A stretch of 62,894 bases of DNA, the filler included, from Octopus bimaculoides (taxonomy: Eukaryota): NCBI RefSeq assembly GCF_001194135.2. It is 7 parts of 6 records of this genome, joined end to end, with 100 filler letters (N's around TTAATTAATTAA, not from the genome) between each part and the next. Parts side by side here need not be neighbours in the genome. Positions count along the whole stretch, not along the records: positions 32,665 to 56,491 come from NC_068993.1; 6 more parts are not named here. One strand, written 5' to 3'. The notes under the pieces were generated by a model. It was not told the origin of the DNA and made no database searches. It saw only the letters and a program-made list of their open reading frames with translations. Position numbers and translations under genes: made by a program. Position 1 is the first letter of the stretch. Every line of letters starts with the position of its first letter. Positions 35,833 through 46,299 of this stretch are shown one piece after another.

Positions 35833-36990
35833 TTAAATATTCTTTGAATAGCTTTTGTTGTAATTGTCGTTAATATTGAATTCTTTGCCAGTAGAATGAC
35901 GAACGAAATCATTAGAGATAGTTTCCAAATGATTTTCGCATTTCAAATGATTGGTAGCATTAGCAGCACTTGCTAAAACTACATTACATGCATCACATTT
36001 ATGTTGATTTTTTGAAGATATATCTGTTGGAGTGAAAACACCAGAAGTTTCAAGTGTAGCTTTTGAATTGACTGATTCATTTAAAACTTTTTTCTTGTGT
36101 TTCTTACCTTCAAAATGTTGCTTAGCAATAATTCTACTAGTAAACACTACATCACATATCTCGCACTTATCTCCAACTTGGTGATTTTCAGCTGCAACAG
36201 AGGGAAGTTTCTGAGGAGAAGCTAACTCAGCAATTAATCTCGGTAAGATAGTTCTGTTTTCAGTAGCTCTTAGATGTTTCCGACCAGTAAAGTGTGCATC
36301 AGCATCAACTATTCCAGCAAATACAACACCACATATATCACACTCTAATTTAATATTCTTTCTAAGAGCAGACACTGTATTAAAATTTTTCATGTGAATT
36401 TTACCTTTCAAATGATCGGCAGTTTGAGTGGCACTTGTAAATTTGACATCACACAACTCGCATTTGTCTTGATTTATTACAGGCATATTTTCCTGGGTGT
36501 GAAAACCTTGGGAATAATTATCAGGTAGACTGTTTGAAACGACTGCTATAGGTTGGCTTTTAACATTTTTCTGATGTCTCTTACCTTCAAAATGTTGCTT
36601 AGCAATAACATGGCTAGTAAATGCCACGTTACATACATCACATTTATATTCGTTATTTACAGGTAAGTTTACCGGTGTTTGACAGTCAGCGAAAGGATTT
36701 TCAGGTGTCCTGTTTGGAAAGATTGCTTCAGATTGACTTTCAACTTTTTTCTTGTGTTTCTTACCTTCAAAATGTTGCTTAGCATTAACTGGACTCGTAA
36801 ATACCACAACACACACATCACATTTATCTGAGACTGAGACATTTTCATCTTCAGAAGAGGAAATCTTCAAATTGAACATGTCAGAGCAAATACTCAAAAC
36901 ATTTTCTTCATATTTAGTGTTTTCTTGGTGATTATTACCTTCACACAAGGTTTTTAAACATGTAGAATCCGTTTCGAATCTGTTCGGCAT
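35833..36990 (-). CDS. Multi-finger matrin/U1-type (JAZ/ZNF346/ZNF385-like) C2H2 zinc-finger protein, 385 aa, coding region in one exon
   Basis: Uninterrupted ORF. The track start at 37044 is a TTG; the first ATG is at 36990 with A at -3. Six C-X2-C-X12-H-X5-H motifs (e.g. CDVCVVVFTSPVNAKQHFEGKKH, CELCDVKFTSATQTADHLKGKIH) are separated by long linkers. A pyrimidine-rich acceptor (ttttcgtttccAG) lies 6 nt upstream of the ATG. There is an AATAAA on the minus strand at 35220-35225. Orthology cannot be assigned without a search. Confidence 0.88.
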   Translation of the reverse strand: MPNRFETDSTCLKTLCEGNNHQENTKYEENVLSICSDMFNLKISSSEDENVSVSDKCDVCVVVFTSPVNAKQHFEGKKHKKKVESQSEAIFPNRTPENPFADCQTPVNLPVNNEYKCDVCNVAFTSHVIAKQHFEGKRHQKNVKSQPIAVVSNSLPDNYSQGFHTQENMPVINQDKCELCDVKFTSATQTADHLKGKIHMKNFNTVSALRKNIKLECDICGVVFAGIVDADAHFTGRKHLRATENRTILPRLIAELASPQKLPSVAAENHQVGDKCEICDVVFTSRIIAKQHFEGKKHKKKVLNESVNSKATLETSGVFTPTDISSKNQHKCDACNVVLASAANATNHLKCENHLETISNDFVRHSTGKEFNINDNYNKSYSKNI

Positions 36991-37744
36991 TTTCCCCTGG
37001 AAACGAAAATGCGCTGTTTTTATTTCAATCACTTTGAAATACAAGTCGATACTGAGATTAACTCTAATAATGCACTAATTCTTAGATAGAATGACGAATA
37101 GGAAACGAATTTACACTATTTACCTTACAATATAACGTCTGGTCTGTAGAGGTGAGTGGAAAACTTCTTAGTCACCAACAACTGTGCGATCAAACTGAAA
37201 GTAATTTCCGTACGGAAGGAAGTAAAATTTTAAGATCTCGTCCACACCTCTCAACACGTCATTATATACTTCGCATTATATACTTCGCAACTTTTCAACT
37301 TATTTTATTTCCCAAACTTGCAAAAGTTAATTTACTTCAAGTGAAAAAGAAAAAATTAATTTATCGTGTTTTCAGTCCTATCAAAAAAAAAAAAGAAATG
37401 GGGAAGATGGTAATAACATACATACATACATTTTGGGGTCGTGCTGATCTCAATAGTAATTAAATTAAAAAGAAAAGCATTCTCAATACTAGGTGTAGTG
37501 GAATACTATCTTTATATAAAATTTAGTCCGTGCGAGTCGTTAATCAGAAGTTCCCGTTTGTAAAACATTTTTAAAATTTTATTTTTCACTTTGAAATAAT
37601 GTCAAAAAGTTAATTTATGTCTAAGTAATCGCCTCGTTTTGACTACTTCGCTTTGTTCATTTATTCAGTATTGTGTGCTTCTGTTACATGAGACGAATAA
37701 AGATAATTGCCACAGTTAAATGTTCTCTACTACTATTACATATT

Positions 37745-37820
37745 TGTTTTACGTCACAGCATTACTAAACTAGCGAAGTGATACTATTCGCCCCCGCCCA
37801 CTTATGTCACAGGAAGATAA
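37745..37820. promoter_or_regulatory. Candidate TATA-less promoter upstream of the zinc-finger gene
   Basis: TTACGTCA (CRE-like) 37749-37756, GC box CCCCGCCC 37792-37799 and CAGGAAG (ETS-like) near 37810, all in repeat-free sequence ~0.8 kb 5' of the ATG. Confidence 0.4.
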
Positions 37821-38657
37821 TTAACAGAAAATAAAAAGGTTAAGGGGAAACAACTGTGATCGCCTTACAGGAATTTCTATGTCCCGTCTATTTCTTTTAT
37901 CAGCTACTTTTTGTTTCAGTTATCAGACTTGGGCAACACCAGGAAAATTTTAGTCTAACGAAAATGACAGTATTAATGATAGGTTTAGTGAAAGCGGCAT
38001 GAAACAGTAAGAAACGTACCAAAGTAAATTGATGAAGGAAAAATGAATGATCACAAATTTCATTCAGCCTTAACAATTTCTCACAACTACATTCAGTTGG
38101 GAGTATAATGCACAGAAGCTTGTAGCAATCAACTGTTTTCATATGGAACGATGATGATGTTAATAATGGTAAGATTTACAAGCACAAGAAAAGTGTGTGC
38201 TCGAATACAGAAGGACACTGTCTAAGAGTGAAGAAGGAACTATCTGTTAAACTCCAAGAGAATTTGAATTTATACCTGCTCTAAAGTTAAAACTCAGTCA
38301 ATAAAATAATGGAAATGAATAGGTTTATCTGAATTGAGCAGAGTTTCCCCTTAGATATTGAGGAAGTTGATAGATAACTCTCATAAATTTCCAAGTGCAA
38401 ATCCTCACAACAATAGGAAAAAATGCTGGCAGAAACATTCAGGCTGAGGTTTCAATTTCTGGTTGAGAATCCAGGATCTAATCACTTCACAGTTCTCTTT
38501 TTTTTTTTTTCTTTATAATAATATTCAAATAAATAAAAGTGCCAGAAAAATTATATCTAAACAACACATGAACAATAATGCAAACATAACTAACACATCT
38601 AATAATTATTTAAATGATTTCTGTGATTCGAGAGTTAAAAGAAAATGTAAACTTAAT

Positions 38658-38775
38658 AGGCGCAGGAGTGGCTGTGTGGTAAGTAGCTTGCTTACCAACC
38701 ACATGGTTCCGGGTTCAGTCCCACTGTGTAGCAACTTGGGCAAGTGTCTTCTACTTGAGCCTCGGGCCGACCAAA
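38658..38775 (+). mobile_element. SINE family B head (3'-truncated)
   Basis: ggcgcaggagtggctgtgtggtaagtagcttgcttaccaacc. Confidence 0.75.
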
Positions 38776-39488
38776 GGACAAGAAGTGTACTTGAATCACA
38801 GATAGACTGATAGTGAATAAAGACTTTGCTTGTGATAAATATACAGCTGTAGTAAGCAACCAGAATTCCATCTCACCTTTGTTGCATTTCTCCGTATATA
38901 TTTTGTATTATCTATTAATATGTTTTCATATTCATGTATATACATGAAAAAGATATGAAAACTTAGCTCAAGATGACTCAAACTAATATGTATGTATTCT
39001 GAGAACTCAAATAAGTGTACCACCAAAATTCCAGTTAGTACAGCAGTTTGAGTTGTGGTTGTGTGATTGCCATGTTCAAAAAGCGGCTAATGGTGGCTTC
39101 CCTTTGAGTCAGAAGGTATAGGCAAAAATAGTGAGGAAAGATGAACAATTAGTCGAGGTGAGACAAGGACATTTAATTTCATTTGATTCAATCTAAAAAT
39201 TTAGCTACATAACAAATGGTAAAAATAGTACAAACTGGTAAAGATAGTCTTCTGCTAGCATTCACTCTCCCTCTGGAGTGAATACCTTTCAATATACTGA
39301 ACAATATATATCCAATGCATACCTCTTAGCTTTTTATCTTTGCCCTCACCAGAATGTATCTTTATTATATGCACAACACTGGATCTGCTAGCATTCAATT
39401 TCACTTACCTTCAATATAGAGTTCTGCATAACAATTCTTTCCTTCCTCTTACCTTAATGTAATATTTTACCATTCTTTCTGATCACAG

Positions 39489-39575
39489 ATTTACCTAAAG
39501 AAGGCACAATCCAACTGGATTTAATTGGACTCTCCTACCCACCTGGACATAATGAACCACAACAAATAACAACAG
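39489..39575 (+). CDS. Candidate internal coding exon (87 nt, phase 1-1): (D)LPKEGTIQLDLIGLSYPPGHNEPQQITT; protein not recognised
   Basis: Acceptor ccattctttctgatcacAG, donor CAG|GTACAT, length divisible by 3, open frame, non-repetitive. Confidence 0.35.
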
Positions 39576-40781
39576 GTACATAGAGATAAGATGGACAGGG
39601 AACAATGCGTTGATCCCTTGTGATACTATCAAGAGAAATCCAATGAAATAGTAACAAAGAAGAAAGGATGAAATATTAGGAAGAACTTTGAGAAAGGAAT
39701 CAAGAGCAATAATAAAATATGGTTGCAGATTTTCTTTAGAATTGACCCTCTGGCATTTCTCTCTATATGAGGTCTTGCTTTTAGTCAATATTATCATATA
39801 TGGTACTATAACAACCGCACGTACTAAAGTACATATAAGTAAATACACCTTTTGACATTTATTTCAATCAATTAAAGTGTGTATTTGGTTTTGTTTTTTG
39901 TCTTGCAAGTTACCTGGCAACTTCACAAGTCCCAGTGCCATGAGAAGAAAAAAAACACCCAGTACACACTATAATATGGTTTGTGTTAGCAGACAGTGGC
40001 GCTTAGTGTAACCTTGTGGCTTGCAGGATTCTGTGAAGCCATCATGGAAAACAGGTGTTAAGTAGAAGTGACAGCGAGAATGCCAACTTGAAAGACATGG
40101 TTATTTCCTTGCCAAAATGCTGATTCTGACAGAACTTTCTGGAACATTGCAACATTCTTTTATGTTTTTAGTTTTTTTTTTTTTATAAACAAGCTTCCCT
40201 TCAAAATTCTCACCAGAGTTTGCTTTAATACAACTGAAGGCTATGTCATTTTATCCTGGCTATTAAAGTACAAATCACTAACAATTCATATTCTATTTCC
40301 ATTGCATATCTTCTACAGGAGATAATATATGTATATTTTTCAAACATGCAATCCTCATATATCTGTTTCTCTCTTTCGTGTATATAAACACACAAAAGTA
40401 GATAAGAGAGATAATGCTTAAATATATCTCTGATATGTTTATATTGAAGTTATCTAGACTCTGTTCATTTCAATGATTCCTGTTAAACAAGCAGTGAAAA
40501 TAAATATGTTAATTTTAGAATAATCTTCCTGATTCAGCTTTCAATAACTACATACAGGATATTCTCTCTATATAGCCTTTGTTGATTCTTATGAAATCAT
40601 GTGGCATAGTGGTTAAGAGTGTTGCAATCACGTTCACAATAATGTGATTGTCCAATAAAAAAATTAGAAAAAATAGAAAGCATGCTATTATTATAAGCTA
40701 CAAGTTGTTGACTCACTTGAGGCTAAACATAATAATAACTACAGACAGGACTTATTTCAGACAGTTAGGAACCTTCTGTAT

Positions 40782-41391
40782 CAGAGTTTCTCAACCATTT
40801 TTAATCTATGGACCCCTTTCATTCCAACTTTACTTGGATGGAACCTTCTAGCCATTCAATGGTTAAAAAATCCTATTGTAGTTTCATATTAGGAATTGTA
40901 TAAAAAAAAGATTGTTTTGTATAAAAAAAAAAGATTATTTTGTGTATTGTAGAAATATAATCAATTTATTGCACTGAAATTTTAACAGGCACAGGAGTGG
41001 CTGTGTGGTAAGTAGCTTGCTTACCAACCACATGGTTCCGGGTTCATTCCCACTGCATGGCACCTTGGGCAACTGTCTTCTACTATAGCCTCAGGCTGAC
41101 CAAAGCCTTGTGAGTGGATTTGGTAGACGGAAACTGAAAGAAGCCCGTCGTATATATGTATATATATATATGTATGTATGTGTATATGTTTGTATGTCCA
41201 TATTCGTCCCCCCAACATCGCTTGACAACCGATGCTGGTGTGTTTATGTCCCCATAACTTACAAAGAATAAGTCCTGGGGTCAACTTGCTCGACTGAAGG
41301 CGGTGCTCCAGCATGGCCGCAGTCAAATGACTGAAACAAGTAAAAGAGTAGAGTAAGTAAATCTTATATGGACCCCATTTGAGAACCATTG
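40782..41391. mobile_element. hAT-like MITE split by a SINE
   Basis: Short TIR-like ends CAGAGTTTCTCAA / TTGAGAACCATTG, with tatggacccc in both subterminal regions; no clean TSD. Confidence 0.5.
40988..41355 (+). mobile_element. SINE family B nested in a hAT-like MITE
   Basis: Head, internal (TA/TG)n tract and tail all present. Confidence 0.85.
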
Positions 41392-41519
41392 CTCTACAGG
41401 GTCTCCCAATCTGCTAAAAATAGAGATAACACTTCCATTTTGAGACTTATCTTTAGTACAGATGGACCCCCCTGCACACACACACATACAATAACTGGCG
41501 CTCAGATGGCTAGGACAAT

Positions 41520-41700
41520 GAAGGTTCCAACTGACCTGACCAACAGAAGAGCTTGCTCATGAAATTAAATGTGCAAGTGGCCGAGCACTCCACAGACACA
41601 CGTACTCTTAATATAGTTCGCAGCGGGATTCAGCATGACACAGAGTGTGATAAGGCTGGCAGAAACACAAACTGGAGAACACAAGTATGAATAAAGTAAA
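41520..41700 (-). mobile_element. SINE family A, 3' part
   Basis: gaaattaaatgtgcaagtggccgagcactccacagacac is the reverse complement of the family A body. Confidence 0.7.
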
Positions 41701-42050
41701 CAACTGATATAATTTTAGGTCATAGCATTTATATGTTTAAACATAATTGCTAGGTTGTTAGCGGGAGTGTGAGTGCATGTGTGCATGTGTATGTAAAGAA
41801 GTGCTGCCAAACAGAAAAGATCCATAAAATCTATAAATACAGACTGTAAAATTCATTTCAGTTCACACATAAACTCGCCACACGCAGCTTTCTCTATTTC
41901 AATAATATCTGCTTGTCACATAATTGTTCGATATATCCCGCCAACTGCCAGCTGTTGCTATTTAAATCTTATCCGTTCGATAGAGATATGGTAGGATCAA
42001 TTGCATAGAAGAGCCTGCTATATGTGTACATGTCAAACTTATAGCTACAT

Positions 42051-42680
42051 GTGATCTGTGTCAGCAGACCTCTAACTGATAATGATGAACTCTACATCTC
42101 CATCGCACTCAGAGTGGGAGCTGATGTCTGTAGGGAACTGAGACGTTGCTGCAGTAGGCCCCTTGACCCCATAGGTCTGTCTTGCTGCCTAAATGTTGGT
42201 CACTTTTCTTATCACACAGAGCTAAACCTAATCATTAAGCAGGCTCTGGCTCAAATTAATATCCCCTCATTTCTGGAGCCATTGGGATTATCCAGAAGTG
42301 ATGGAAAGAGACCAGATGGTCTTACCCTCTGTCTCTGGGTTAAAGGTAGGTGCCTTATTTGGGATGCCACAGTCTGCAACTCTTTTGCTCCCACTCACAT
42401 CCTGGATGCTACAGTTAATGGAAGGATCACTGCTTCTGTAGCCAAACAGAAGAAAACCCTGAAGTATTGGGACTTGACAGTAAACTGTCTCTTCCAAACC
42501 GTGGTGTTTGAGATAACCGGAGGGACTGGGCTACTAACCACAAAGCTCTTGTCAACGTCGGCAGCTCACTTTACCAAGGTGTCGGGTGCTACCCGTGAAG
42601 GCGCTTGGCTTTCCTAATACCTTTCGCCCATGGTAATACTGCGAGTGTTCTGGCTTGCTTCAGTAGGTTCTATTAAACCT
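42051..42680 (+). mobile_element. CRE-like LINE 3' fragment (restriction-like endonuclease)
   Basis: HTELNLIIKQALAQINIPSFLEPLGLSRSDGKRPDGLTLCLWVKGRCLIWDATVCNSFAPTH. Confidence 0.75.
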
Positions 42681-42894
42681 TGTGGCATGCGACCAGTTGC
42701 TGTATTAAAAAAAAAGTCTCCACAATGATTTCGCTAGTTTTAACTGAAGGATTGGAAGAATTAGATGAAAGTTCTCTGGTAATTTCATTTCATGTAAATA
42801 AATGTTTGCTAATTTTAAAATCTTATAAAATGACTGTTCTAAAATATGTACATGTTTATATGTTATAAATGAAAATCAAATGGAAATTGTAGAT

Positions 42895-43220
42895 GCGATA
42901 CCCATGCCGGTGGCATGTAAAAGCACCATCTGAACGTGGCCTATGCCAGCGCCACTTTGACTGGTTTCCGTGCTGGTGGTAGATAAAAAGCACCAACCGA
43001 TCATGGCTGTTGCCAGCCTCCTCTGGCCCCTGTGCAGGTGGCACATAAAAAGTACCCACTACACTCATGGAGTGGTTGGCATTAGGAAGGGCACCCAGCT
43101 GTAGAAACACTGCCAGATCAGACTGTAGCCTGGTGCAGCCTCCTGGCTTCCCAGACCCCGGTCGAACCGCCCAACCCATGCTAGCATGGGAAACGGACGT
43201 TAAACGATGATGATGATGAT
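42895..43220 (+). mobile_element. RTE-type 3'UTR fragment
   Basis: ggttggcattaggaagggcacccagctgtagaaac...aaacggacgttaaacgatgatgat. Confidence 0.75.
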
Positions 43221-44688
43221 GAAAATAAAAATCTTTACTTAAGACAAAGGTCAGCACAAACCAATCAATCTACACAAAGAAATTAAATTTATTTAAATAT
43301 ACACCCTCTGTATAACTGAGGAAACAAGCGTTTGCNNNNNNNNNNNNNNNNNNNNNNNNNNNNNNNNNNNNNNNNNNNNNNNNNNNNNNNNNNNNNNNNN
43401 NNNNNNNNNNNNNNNNNNNNNNNNNNNNNNNNNNNNNNNNNNNNNNNNNNNNNNNNNNNNNNNNNNNNNNNNNNNNNNNNNNNNNNNNNNNNNNNNNNNN
43501 NNNNNNNNNNNNNNNNNNNNNNNNNNNNNNNNNNNNNNNNNNNNNNNNNNNNNNNNNNNNNNNNNNNNNNNNNNNNNNNNNNNNNNNNNNNNNNNNNNNN
43601 NNNNNNNNNNNNNNNNNNNNNNNNNNNNNNNNNNNNNNNNNNNNNNNNNNNNNNNNNNNNNNNNNNNNNNNNNNNNNNNNNNNNNNNNNNNNNNNNNNNN
43701 NNNNNNNNNNNNNNNNNNNNNNNNNNNNNNNNNNNNNNNNNNNNNNNNNNNNNNNNNNNNNNNNNNNNNNNNNNNNNNNNNNNNNNNNNNNNNNNNNNNN
43801 NNNNNNNNNNNNNNNNNNNNNNNNNNNNNNNNNNNNNNNNNNNNNNNNNNNNNNNNNNNNNNNNNNNNNNNNNNNNNNNNNNNNNNNNNNNNNNNNNNNN
43901 NNNNNNNNNNNNNNNNNNNNNNNNNNNNNNNNNNNNNNNNNNNNNNNNNNNNNNNNNNNNNNNNNNNNNNNNNNNNNNNNNNNNNNNNNNNNNNNNNNNN
44001 NNNNNNNNNNNNNNNNNNNNNNNNNNNNNNNNNNNNNNNNNNNNNNNNNNNNNNNNNNNNNNNNNNNNNNNNNNNNNNNNNNNNNNNNNNNNNNNNNNNN
44101 NNNNNNNNNNNNNNNNNAAATCTACATTCTTGTTATTTTTGTTTTCGTTATTGTTTAAATCGAAGCAGGGTTATCATTTTCTGTTTCCAAAATGAAAATT
44201 GCCATTGTTTAACTTTAGTGTTGCAGAATAAAAAAATTAAAATAAAATTTTTTTTTTTTTTTTAATTTCATTTGAAGTAACTTTCTGTCTAAGACACTTG
44301 GCTGTTATAGCACTTTAGCAGTTGCATGCAATAATGCTTTTTTTTTTTTCGAGAGGAATAATTAGCATCCCCTGGTGTGGTGGATAATTAAGGGAACGTG
44401 CATGCATTCCTTTTATATTATTTCATCGATTTCTTAAAACTCATTTTTGTTACTGCCGTCCAACACAAATCTGTTATTGAGGAATCTCAGATGTCCTGTT
44501 TTGTTTCTGCTTTTCAGTTATAAAACAATATATAACTTAGTATAAACAAGAAGTTTATGCGAATATATCTATTTCCTGTTATTTTTAGCCATAAAGACAT
44601 TAATTTATATAAATTCAAATTACGATGAAAGTAAACAAAGTTTGTTTTAGAAGCGTTGAGATGTATTGAAAGTTAAGGAAATGATTTT

Positions 44689-44750
44689 TCTCCAGAATAG
44701 ATCCCTATTTTCCTCCAGAATAGATCCCTATTTGTCTCCAGAATAAAATT
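44689..44750. repeat. 24-bp tandem duplication (~2.5 copies)
   Basis: ctccagaatagatccctatt repeated. Confidence 0.85.
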
Positions 44751-45074
44751 ATTTCTTATTTTCTTCAAGAAGATCGAATTGCCATACGTCATCATCACGG
44801 TAGTTCATTGGTGGGTTTTTGAACTGAAAGTAAACGAAGTTGTTTATCAACTGTTATTCATATAAACGTCCTTGATGTATATACATGATCTTTCTCGCCA
44901 ACAAAATGGTAAATATATATATATATATTTTTTATAATATTTGTTCTATGTTGTTAAGTCCTGAGCAACACCTCCCCTATCCTGTACTTTTTTGTTTATG
45001 TTCTAGGTGCTGACTACGTTATATAGCTTTTGTTGTTATTTTTTTAAAATGTGTTTGTTTTGTAAACGTAGATT

Positions 45075-45475
45075 TGATGGTTGGGGACAGATATCGCTGT
45101 GGTAGGCCCCTCAAGCCCACAGCCCTTCATTGTTTGTTTTGCCGTCTTAATGCTAGTCGTTTCGCTCATCACCTTAACCCCACAGGTCTTCACGGTCTGC
45201 CTTGCTGCCTAAATGCTGGTCGCTTCGCTCGTCACACTGAGCTAAACATAATCATTAAGCGGACCCTGGCTTGGGTTAATACCCCCTCAGTTCTGGAGCC
45301 GGTGGAATTCCCCAGAAGTGAAGGGAAGAGACCAGATGCTTTCATCCTTTGTCCCCCGGGTAAGAGGTAGATGTCTCACCTGGGACGTCACTGTCTGTGA
45401 CTCCCTTGCTCCCTCTCACATCTTGCGGTAAATGGGGGTGGGGTGGAGGCGCAGCTTCCGTAGCTGAATGGAACA
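45075..45475 (+). mobile_element. Second CRE-like fragment with a 63-bp in-frame internal duplication
   Basis: HTELNIIIKRTLAWVNTPSVLEPVEFPRSEGKRPDA; cccacag at 45116 and 45179. Confidence 0.75.
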
Positions 45476-45644
45476 AAAGTCATAGATCGCCCAGATTTTT
45501 TTTATAGAAGTTAAAGCTAGCACTTGTCGTATGTCATATTTCGAAAGATTTGGCTCCTTCATCAGCACCCATTTAACCCCTTAACTATCCACGAACTCAT
45601 TGTTTAAATAGCCACTACATATAGTGGTGTAACATTATTGGGTA

Positions 45645-45892
45645 TGTAGTAACGCCTGCGCATGCATAGAATTAATAAAGCAAGCGTTTCCCGCTCAATT
45701 CATTCTCTTTCTCGCCTTATACTCGACAGCTTGTTATTCTCACCTCTAAAGATGTATAACTAAAGATATGTATGTTTTATCACATAAATAAATGTTGTTT
45801 AGTTTGGAGTTCAGCGTTCCGTCTATTTCTTTAATTTTATAGTAGAAAGTCAGGTATACAATCTAAAGATGTATAACCCACTTTCTACTAAA
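45645..45892 (+). mobile_element. Solo LTR-like copy
   Basis: Starts TGTAGTAACGCC; homologous to the reverse complement of 47575-47928. Confidence 0.65.
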
Positions 45893-46299
45893 GGTACATC
45901 AATTTACATATCAAACATATTCCTAGAAGCTGGTATGTAAATATTTATAACTTGTAGGGACACGGTATTTCTTTATACGGCTGGCTGCCGACAAATTTTT
46001 CTGCTTTTAAAAAGAAAAATGGATTTTATCCTTTATATCTATACTGTTCAGTATCTATGCGTTGAATAAGATTTATCTTTCTACTTGTTCCACCATACAT
46101 TTCAGCGCTTCGAAAACTAACTTGTTTGTTTACATACGGCGTATACTACAAAATATATTAAACGATTTTATAAGTCAATACCGTGTGCTACTGTCTTAGT
46201 AGCGCTCTTAAATTGTGTGTTAAGGTCATCTCTACAGACTTTCTATAGAAATTATAACCCGCACTGGTTTTGTTACAACCTTTTATATCCGAGACATCA

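Noticed and set aside
37017-37044. N-terminal extension MYFKVIEIKT... of the zinc-finger ORF in the track
   Set aside because: Starts at TTG and lies upstream of a splice acceptor, so probably intronic.
39495-39848. 117-aa hydrophobic minus-strand ORF
   Set aside because: TTG-type start, no motif, and antisense to the better-supported plus-strand exon; hydrophobicity is expected from AT-rich DNA.
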